DNA of 64,000 nucleotides from assembly GCA_963788195.1 (NCBI GenBank), contig CAWBGA010000013.1, positions 384,001-448,000 on the forward strand, read 5' to 3'. Position numbers and translations under genes: made by a program. The DNA comes from Nitrospirota bacterium (GTDB taxonomy: Bacteria > Nitrospirota > Nitrospiria > Nitrospirales > NS-4). Under the pieces are notes generated by a model. The model saw only the letters and a program-made list of their open reading frames with translations. It had not been told where the DNA came from and made no database searches. Positions 56,749 to 64,000 of the stretch are shown here, one piece after another (the stretch's first letter is position 1; every line of letters begins with the position of its first letter).

Positions 56749-59442
56749 GTGAAACAGTTGCTCGGTGCTCTGTTGTTCTTCTTCGTGGTCAGTCCCGCGT
56801 GGGCTGGCTCCATTTCAATCAACGGCAGTACGACGCCGCAGACCCTCGCTTCTGGGAGCTTGATGACTGTGGTGACGACGGATCTGGCTCTGTGTGGGGT
56901 GAATCCGGTCAGTGTGAAGTCAGGGAATTGGTCTGATCCCGCCACGTGGGACGGTTGTGTGCCCACCGCGAAGGATCATGCGACCATCGCCTCTGGCCAT
57001 ATCGTGACGATTGATGGTGCTGTGACCGTGACGGAAGTACTCGTGAACGGGCAACTCTCCGCCAGTCGTACCCGAGACTCAACCCTTGACGTGGGATCGG
57101 TCGTCGTCTTTTCAGGCGGCGTGCTCGACTATGGGACGGTTACGAATCCGATTCCCGTGACGGTGGCCGCGTCGATTGCGCTGCGTGACATTCCGGATGC
57201 GACCTATACGCATTTGCATGGTCAACCGAAGTTACAACCCGTCCTCCATGCGCATGGTGGACGGATTGAGATGCACGGGAGCGGTCCCATGGTGCCGTGG
57301 ATGCCGCTCATGGGGAATGTCTCCGTGGGGAGTAAGACGCTCACTCTCGCTGAGGATCTGACAGGGTGGAAGGCAGGCGATACGATCCTTGTCACCGGCA
57401 CCGTGAAGCGCGCGCAGCAGACGGAGGAGCGGATCGTTGCTGCTATCGATCCCAAGGCAAAGAAGATCACGCTTTCCTCGCCCTTGACCTATGCCCATGG
57501 GGGCATCATGCCAACGGCCTCCTGTCGCACCTGTCGTCAAGCGGTCGTGGCAAACCTGACACGCAACGTCAGTGTGCGGAGTGCCACTCCCGCGACCCGT
57601 CGCGGCCATGTCCATTTTGCGACCAACGTGCTCGACAGTTCGACCGGCACGCAACCCATAGTCCACATCGCTGATGTGGCCTTTCTGAGCCTGGGTCGAC
57701 CTGAAGCAGGCGTCTATGGCGGTCCCCATCTGCACATGATGGGCGTCGCCAAAGATGCGTATGTCAAGCGCAACGTGATCCGTGACTCTGCCAACGTCTG
57801 GGTCCGCGTGCACAACACCCATTTTGCCACGATCAGTGACAACATCGGCTATGAGAGCGTCGGCAATGGCTTCTCCACAGAGGATGGGACGGAAGCCTAC
57901 AACGTCTTCGATCATAACCTGGCCGTCCATGCCAGGAGAGCCGTCGTCAAAACCAATCCCTTCGATCAGTTCGACACCGGGGACGGCGCGGGATTCTGGG
58001 CGAATACGCCGCGCAACATCTGGACGAGAAACCTAGCGGTAGAAAACATCTGGGGCTTTCAGATTCAACGCGGCGGCGAAGGCGACCCGACTCCGGTGAT
58101 GAGCGTTGATGCGATGGGGACTCCTACTATGGTAGATGTCCGTACGGCAACTCTGTTGCGATTTGACGAGAACATCGCCACCGGGAGTGCTTCCTCAGGC
58201 TTTGAAATGGCGGGTGGTCGGAGTACAGAGGATTCCCTCATCAACCACTTCACGGCCTTGGATAATACCGGATCGAGCGTGGCGGTCTTCAGCTTCAATA
58301 CGGTGTTTGATCATCTGTACGCGCACAACGGCGGCGAAGGTGATCTCAAGCAGAACAACTTTCGCCTCCTCGACGTGTTCTTGTATCTCGGCCAGTTGAA
58401 CATCACCATTCGCAATTCGTATGTCTCGGCGATGGAGATCGGCTATCAGAACGTGGGCTATGTGCTGTTGGAGAACGTGCAATTAGACCAGTTCGTGCGA
58501 TCCGCATTCGGGGCGGCTGAAACCGTCATTAGCATTGCTGGGCCTACCGCGTCGAAACCGATTCCCTATGACGTGCTGTTTACCGTGAACGGCGTCGTGC
58601 AACCGGGGACCACGGCGACGCAACACGTTATTTTGTGGAATTACGACGGACCAGGACAGCATGTGATGTTGGGACAGGATCGGACGAGTGCGGTGGATGG
58701 GTTGACGTACAAGCGCACGACGCGCTTTACGCGAGGGTCGTATGAAGGCAATATGAATTCCACCTGGCAAGAAGCACGATTCACAGGTCCATACGGACAA
58801 GGCCCTCCATTCACCTGGCCCCTGCTCATCGACGTGGGGAACCGCCCTCGTGGAGGATTAGGTCAACCGAATCCCACAGATCGTATCATCGACGGGCGAC
58901 GGTGGCGCGTGGATGTGCCTTACATCCCTTCGCCTCCAGGCATGCGGCTCTCTCGCTATGGGTTCTCAGGGACGTTTCCCGTCTATACGCCGGTGGATAT
59001 CGTGCACAATCCTACCGAGGACCCCACGAATGCGAACCTGAATGATGGGACGTTGATGGCGAGTAATCGGACGGCACGACAACTCAAGTACACGGTCGAT
59101 GTCCCGAACGGTGAGTACTGGGTCGATCTGGGCTGGCAGGAAAGTGGTGGAGGATCAGTCGGGAGCGCGGGTGAGCGTCTGATGGATGTCGTGGTCCAAG
59201 GCGTGCGACACCTCACGGACTTCGATGTGTTTCAGCTTGCAGGCGCGAACCGCCCGCTCTGGCGGTCCTTCCCTGCGACCGTGGCGAACGAGCGGCTCAC
59301 GGTGGAGCTTGGAAAACCGAATACGGGATTCAACGCGATGCTCAGTGCGATGGCTGTCTGTCCCAAAGCGATGGTGTCGAATGGCCGGTGCACACCAGAG
59401 CCATCCCGTGATCTACCCCCAATCATTCCGGTGATTGAATAA
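56749..59442 (+). CDS. secreted G8-domain, parallel beta-helix and malectin-domain protein
   Basis: Signal peptide; SGNWSDPATW G8 start; WKAGDTILV..TEER..LTYAH..NLTRNV; VHNTH..DNIGY..GNGF..EDG; C-terminal VPNGEYWV..GERLMDV..DFDVF malectin-like. Confidence 0.85.
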   Translation: MKQLLGALLFFFVVSPAWAGSISINGSTTPQTLASGSLMTVVTTDLALCGVNPVSVKSGNWSDPATWDGCVPTAKDHATIASGHIVTIDGAVTVTEVLVNGQLSASRTRDSTLDVGSVVVFSGGVLDYGTVTNPIPVTVAASIALRDIPDATYTHLHGQPKLQPVLHAHGGRIEMHGSGPMVPWMPLMGNVSVGSKTLTLAEDLTGWKAGDTILVTGTVKRAQQTEERIVAAIDPKAKKITLSSPLTYAHGGIMPTASCRTCRQAVVANLTRNVSVRSATPATRRGHVHFATNVLDSSTGTQPIVHIADVAFLSLGRPEAGVYGGPHLHMMGVAKDAYVKRNVIRDSANVWVRVHNTHFATISDNIGYESVGNGFSTEDGTEAYNVFDHNLAVHARRAVVKTNPFDQFDTGDGAGFWANTPRNIWTRNLAVENIWGFQIQRGGEGDPTPVMSVDAMGTPTMVDVRTATLLRFDENIATGSASSGFEMAGGRSTEDSLINHFTALDNTGSSVAVFSFNTVFDHLYAHNGGEGDLKQNNFRLLDVFLYLGQLNITIRNSYVSAMEIGYQNVGYVLLENVQLDQFVRSAFGAAETVISIAGPTASKPIPYDVLFTVNGVVQPGTTATQHVILWNYDGPGQHVMLGQDRTSAVDGLTYKRTTRFTRGSYEGNMNSTWQEARFTGPYGQGPPFTWPLLIDVGNRPRGGLGQPNPTDRIIDGRRWRVDVPYIPSPPGMRLSRYGFSGTFPVYTPVDIVHNPTEDPTNANLNDGTLMASNRTARQLKYTVDVPNGEYWVDLGWQESGGGSVGSAGERLMDVVVQGVRHLTDFDVFQLAGANRPLWRSFPATVANERLTVELGKPNTGFNAMLSAMAVCPKAMVSNGRCTPEPSRDLPPIIPVIE

Positions 59443-59549
59443 CGAAAGAAGTGGCTCGGCTGATTTGCGGGCGGCCGCCGCGAAGTCAGACAGCTATAGG
59501 ACACTAGCGCATACGAAAGCCGCCGAAGAAGCTGTCGCTAGTGCCACCG

Positions 59550-59582
59550 AAGCCGCTGCAAGTGCTTGAGCCTATGGTACAA
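59550..59582 (+). promoter_or_regulatory. right copy of 28-bp direct repeat overlapping probable tRNA promoter
   Basis: CTGCAA-N16-TACAAT with TG extension, ~11 bp before the tRNA. Confidence 0.55.
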
Positions 59583-59593
59583 TCCGCGCCAAT

Positions 59594-59682
59594 GCCGGGG
59601 TGGCGGAATTGGCAGACGCCCGGGACTTAAAATCCCGTGGGGGGAAACTCCCGTGCGGGTTCGATCCCCGCCCCCGGCACCA
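59594..59682 (+). tRNA. tRNA-Leu(UAA)
   Basis: GCCGGGG acceptor, GGCGGAATTGGCAGACGC D-arm, anticodon arm CGGGA-CTTAAAA-TCCCG, long variable arm, GGTTCGATCC, CCA. Confidence 0.97.
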
Positions 59683-59946
59683 AGCACTTACCGCCCTTCG
59701 TGGGTTGCCTGTGGCTGTCTGTTCGGACGCCTTAGAGTGGGCTAGTGTTAGATAGGTGTTAGACTTCTCCGCTGCTACCCGCAGATCGGCTTCACGGAAG
59801 CTATTGTAGCGTGTAAAGCAGACCATCGTTTTGTGCCCGGTGATCTGCATGCTGGTGAGCGGGTCAACCCCAGCCCGGCGCATGTTCGTCACAGCGGTAT
59901 GCCGGAAGTCGTGGAAGCGAAACCCGGTGATCTGTGCTCTCTTGCA
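59683..59946 (-). pseudogene. tyrosine recombinase/integrase C-terminal remnant
   Basis: CKRAQITGFRFHDFRHTAVTNMRRAGVD..ITGHKT..FTRY; N-terminal portion missing. Confidence 0.88.
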
Positions 59947-60097
59947 GGACTGCGCTTCAGGAGGCGCTCACGGACGCGCAACTCGTATTGTCCCTTCAAC
60001 AGCGGAAACCGTTAGCAGAAGTGAGAAGCCTGAAGCCTCGCGCAAACCGGAAGGCTTCGAGGAAGCCGGAAGACTTGGTTGGTAGGTATGTTCGTTC

Positions 60098-60124
60098 TTG
60101 ACAGCCCCCGCGTGTTCCTATAAT
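60098..60124 (+). promoter_or_regulatory. consensus sigma70-like boxes upstream of Cys-rich gene
   Basis: TTGACA (60098) and TATAAT (60119); spacer is only 15 bp. Confidence 0.45.
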
Positions 60125-60225
60125 AATTCGCTCCCGTACTGTTCCATGATTTGATTCACGCACCCAGTGGTGTTGCCGTGAATATCTTGGCTTTTGTCTT
60201 GCCCCCTCTAAGGGAGGAAACCACC

Positions 60226-60693
60226 ATGAGAAGCAGGCTTCTACTTATATTAGTTGTTGGATGTGTTGGGATAATCCAAGCTTTTTATGCCAACGAGAGT
60301 TTATCAAAAGACTATTGGTGTTGTTGTCCCACCCCCACTAATGGTCAATGTCAATGTGCTACAGGTGGGCAATATCCTTTTTATGAAGATTCCGGTTGTA
60401 CTCAACTAATGACCGATGATAGTGATAACGTACCATTTATGAATACCAGTCATTTGTATTTGCATTGTGTTGGAACAAATGCCAACCGACCACCAACGTA
60501 CTATCCCGGGAATGTCAAAATGGATGTTTCTGGTACTTATCCAATGAGTATCGGCGTTGGTGAAAATGTAAACGCATCCCCGGGACAAGATGCTTTCACT
60601 CGTATGGACTGTATGAATAATCAGGAAATGTTTACTCTTACAGTTCATGTAGAATGGTTTAATTGTTTTAATGGAACCGTGCCTCCACCCTGA
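60226..60693 (+). CDS. secreted Cys-rich hypothetical protein (AT-rich cargo)
   Basis: AGGGAGG RBS; signal peptide; WCCCPTPTNGQCQC. Confidence 0.75.
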   Translation: MRSRLLLILVVGCVGIIQAFYANESLSKDYWCCCPTPTNGQCQCATGGQYPFYEDSGCTQLMTDDSDNVPFMNTSHLYLHCVGTNANRPPTYYPGNVKMDVSGTYPMSIGVGENVNASPGQDAFTRMDCMNNQEMFTLTVHVEWFNCFNGTVPPP

Positions 60694-61126
60694 CTAGGTA
60701 ATACTACTGCCCCTGCGTGTCACCGGCACAGCCTGCCGACCGTTTGAGTCTCCTAGTTGGTCACGATTCTCTAGGCCCTGTTCCGCGCATCAATCTCTGT
60801 TCCACATCGACTCAAACATCTCTTGATACCGCTTCACCACTGCGGCGGTTCCGATGAACAGCCCATTCTCCCAGCTACAGCAGCTCGCATTGTCCGTCCA
60901 ATTGAAGCTGCCGGTCTGCACAACTCGGCCATCGTAGATCTCCACCTTGCATGATGCCGTTGCCGTGGATGTCGCCTCCCGAGACGTGATTCAGGAGGAA
61001 AGGCCCAAATGCTTCCGGTCGCCATGAGACAAAACCCCTACACAGAGTAGTACTCAACCCTAGTGTAGTATACCCATATTTTTTCTCACAGTCTAAGATC
61101 GCCCATCAAAATGGGAGAACGCGATT

Positions 61127-61327
61127 ATGACGCTTAAGGTAAGCCTTGACGGTGGCAGTACGTGGTCCGGATGTACCACGGGTCTTATCGATTTCGAACA
61201 ATACCCGGCGCTTCTACTGCGATTTGTTGACGGTGGCGAAGAAGAATTGCCGTCTTGGATCGCCCCATGCCTTCAGCGTCGGCTTGATGCTCGATCCATA
61301 ATCGGGAACAACCCCGTTGAGCTGTAG
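61127..61327 (+). CDS. small hypothetical protein
   Basis: GGGAG RBS; 66-aa ORF. Confidence 0.35.
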   Translation: MTLKVSLDGGSTWSGCTTGLIDFEQYPALLLRFVDGGEEELPSWIAPCLQRRLDARSIIGNNPVEL

Positions 61328-62391
61328 TATCTTCTGACGTGATCCTCGGCATTTACCGCCCCCCGCCAGCCTGACCCGGCGGCTGGGAGAGGAGCATTGG
61401 CCATGACGAATCCAAACGAAGACCTTAAAGGGGCGCTCCATCGAGTAGTAAGTGCCATAGCCACCCTTGAAAGCACTGAAGGCGTCCTCTCTCGGCAAGC
61501 TTACTCTGAACTTGTCGCAGCTACTTGCCACGCCAAAAAGGTCCTCCGTGACCATGGTCTCCCTCTGTTGTAATAAGAGATTAGGCCACCGCACTTGGCA
61601 CCTCAGAAGTACAGGGCCGCAAACGTATAAGCTGCACAAACAGATTGCCAGGGGAATGGGAGTCCGTGGGTCGTTAGCGGATGCGCTTGAGGGTCATCGT
61701 CAACAGTCGGTGCCGCAGATTGATCGGTCTCACCATGATCCGTTTGTCCTGTCGCCAACGAAGGACCTGTTTGACAACTGCTCTGAGTCTGGCCGATGCA
61801 CCGGGATTCATTGTGGATTGTTCATTCGCCATGGCAGGACTTTAAGGCATTGCCTGGCCTAGGGTAAAGTACTCATTAAGGTGTACACCTATGCTGAGGT
61901 AGGGCCAAGTAGAGCACTCTTTTCACGGCCCAGACTTGGGTGATGGTCTCCATCAGCAAAGTTCCCAGGAAGACGGCCCGTAGGTACCGTCGGATAGCCA
62001 GTATTACCTCAAGTTAAATCACTCTTTTGCCCTACACCCGAGTTAGCGAACGACAAAGCCGCCTGGGATGTCTGTAGTACCGTGGGCGAGCGCGGCATGG
62101 ATCAAGCCATCCCCCCGGCTTTAACGTACGCTACAGCCTCTCTTGAGATCGATCGTGACACCCTAAGACGGCTAATACTAACGCTAGGTGATTACACTCC
62201 TGGGTCATTTACCGCCTGCCGCCAAGGGCCTACAAACCCTGAATGGCGGTTTCTGGGATGAACACGACTCCTAGACAACCTCACCGCTACCGGACGGCTG
62301 TCTTTCCCTCGTCGGCCGTCTGCCAAGTGGGACCGGCTGATCTGTAAACTCAGCGACATCATTAACCGCTTTGAGAATTGGGGAAAGCGTG

Positions 62392-62817
62392 ATGCCGAAA
62401 CATAATCCGTACTGCTGCGGGTATCACTGTACCAGTGAAACTGAAGAGGTCCGAGTGGTTCCCCACAGTGGAGGGGGCAATCTGATTCTTTGCAATGCGT
62501 GTTTCCGCTATGAATTGAAATGCCGACGCGATGAAATAGGGCGGGGACGACGGTTTGAGCTACCTGCATGGAGTGACTTGGAACTCTACGACCACTGCAT
62601 GACTCTCCAACCCAGACATACAAAGTATCTGACACACACGGGCGGGGTGGGAGCTAAGCGGACACCATTAATCAAGGACAGAGAGGGTAACCCTATACGC
62701 GCGTTCCTATTTGATATGGTGGATTGGTTCGAGTGCCACGTCAAACCGAAGGACTGGCCGGATAAGGTCCGAGAAGCAAAGAAGACCATGGAAGCCACTA
62801 AACACGAAGAGGGCTAG
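62392..62817 (+). CDS. phage-like hypothetical protein with Cys/His motifs
   Basis: NPYCCGYHC..EVRVVP..GNLILCNACF..LPAWSDLELY. Confidence 0.55.
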   Translation: MPKHNPYCCGYHCTSETEEVRVVPHSGGGNLILCNACFRYELKCRRDEIGRGRRFELPAWSDLELYDHCMTLQPRHTKYLTHTGGVGAKRTPLIKDREGNPIRAFLFDMVDWFECHVKPKDWPDKVREAKKTMEATKHEEG

Positions 62818-63550
62818 TCAAGATCTACCAGACATCCTCAAGCGGGTCACCCATCAGAGCGACGGCCCGTGCCAGTTACACGCCCTCCCCTGCGCCTTCT
62901 CCTCTCCCAGCAGGCCAACACACGCAGGTCCCATGTCAGTAGCGCCGTGGGTGATCTCCGGGTTGTCACTTTTGTAGACCCCTTAACGCTATCGTCTACG
63001 TGGTACACGCAAGAGTCATTTACTGTATTCGGCTGTAGGTTTACATACTTTCTATGCGGCCTCCGGGTAAAGACGACTCCCGGAGAATTCACCGCCACCG
63101 GACGGGCTGGCCTTCCGTAGGCTGGCCCTCCGCTAGGGCAGCTTGCGACGCCGCAGTCATTTTCAGAAATAATCCCCGCACCTTTATGCCTCAACCGGCT
63201 CCGCGACACGCTTCCCCCCGTCGCTCCTCTCCATAGCACGGGGCTACACAGGCACCGGCCGAAACACGCCGGTCCCATGTCTGTAGCGGCGTGGGCACGC
63301 GGGGTATGGATCAAGCCTATCCCCGGTGGGGACAGGTGTGGGCATCCTGCGGGTCGGATGGTATCTCGAATCCGTCTCGGTCCGGGTCTCGAATCCTTCT
63401 CGGTCCACCCCCGGTGGTGATGAACACCCTGGAAGGCGTCGTCGAAACCCCTGGTGTTAGACCCCCGCGCACCCAGACCGAGTGAGCTTCCGGCGAGGAT
63501 AGGCGAGGGTTTGCTACGTTTCCATAGGCATAGGTAATACTACCACCACC

Positions 63551-63609
63551 GACTTAAAATCCCGTGGGGGGAAACTCCCGTGCGGGTTCGATCCCCGCCC
63601 CCGGCACCA
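63551..63609 (+). repeat. att duplication of tRNA-Leu 3' half
   Basis: Exact copy of tRNA from anticodon arm to CCA. Confidence 0.95.
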
Positions 63610-64000
63610 TATCTCTGACCTGAGCAAGGGCTCTTCCTTCTTCTTCCACCAAAAAACTCATTTCAGAAACGATCATGGGCCCTTGGGTTGGTCGTACGGT
63701 GATTTCCGTCCGATACAACCCCGGCGATGAGCGATTGTTCAATTCCAGGCGAATGAGCACCGTGCCGATGGCAGATTCCTCCTTGGTCTCCCAGGACGGG
63801 AATGTCTGGGGGTCCATATGAATGATACGCTCAGTGGGGTCGACGAACGAGGCATTAATTTGTGCCTTGGTTCGGGAAAAAGTTGCCATGATAATTACGA
63901 CGAATATCGGTTGCCCCCGGTTAAAAATTCTCTCGGGTACAACGGGCTTGCCGCCACTGAAAAATAGCGGCACTTGCGTCTCCCGGAAAGTCGGGTCCTG
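63554..64000 (-). CDS. hypothetical protein, 3' end (partial), terminating inside the att repeat
   Basis: Frame open from window end; beta-sandwich-like PGLYRTEITV; stop TAA antisense to the anticodon loop. Confidence 0.6.
   Translation of the reverse strand, partial: QDPTFRETQVPLFFSGGKPVVPERIFNRGQPIFVVIIMATFSRTKAQINASFVDPTERIIHMDPQTFPSWETKEESAIGTVLIRLELNNRSSPGLYRTEITVRPTQGPMIVSEMSFLVEEEGRALAQVRDMVPGAGIEPAREFPPTGF

Larger units (their letters stand above)
59624..63609. mobile_element. degenerate ~3.9-kb integrative element in tRNA-Leu, bounded by 59-bp att direct repeats
   Basis: 59624-59682 identical to 63551-63609; integrase remnant next to left att; AT-richer cargo. Confidence 0.88.

Noticed and set aside
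59594..59682. bldA-like translational control by rare UUA tRNA
   Set aside because: TTA codons occur in core genes in this window (e.g. ettA, dop), so no evidence for restricted use
59572..59892. 106-aa ORF as an intact integrase
   Set aside because: Only the C-terminal catalytic fragment; its tail is antisense read-through of the tRNA
61940..62262. Frameshifted ORF remnant inside the island
   Set aside because: No recognisable family; cannot support a call

Overview
GC-rich bacterial chromosomal window, most consistent with a Nitrospira-like (Nitrospirota) organism (inferred from a UBact-type pupylation/proteasome operon arc-dop-ubact-prcB-prcA-pafA and the general gene content). From left to right it contains: the 3' end of a GH94 (NdvB-type) gene, HU, a delta-9 desaturase, and a two-component cluster built around a giant poly-HAMP hybrid kinase broken by three +1 frameshifts, with CheR and two paralogous REC-HisKA kinases. 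Next come FKBP, GNAT, CbiX, TldD/TldE, FecR with a CHASE2 adenylate cyclase, SprT plus DUF2779, and EttA. These are followed by a CCAEP-tail radical SAM/DUF169/ATP-grasp operon, a stress/NHEJ cluster (Ku, MerR-TPR, LigD phosphoesterase, BON), the proteasome operon, a RelE-type TA pair, and a G8/malectin surface protein bracketed by a 28-bp direct repeat. The window ends with a decayed 3.9-kb island integrated in tRNA-Leu(UAA). The most unusual non-coding signals are two. (i) A tandemly duplicated ~200-nt, multi-stem, probably pseudoknotted RNA-like element sits directly upstream of the SprT-DUF2779 (protease + Cas4-like nuclease) genes. (ii) A dispersed ~42-bp repeat family has a covarying hairpin with a fixed loop embedded among four G-runs; it forms arrays, nests within itself, inserts into the RNA element and is translated in frame inside a protein-coding gene.
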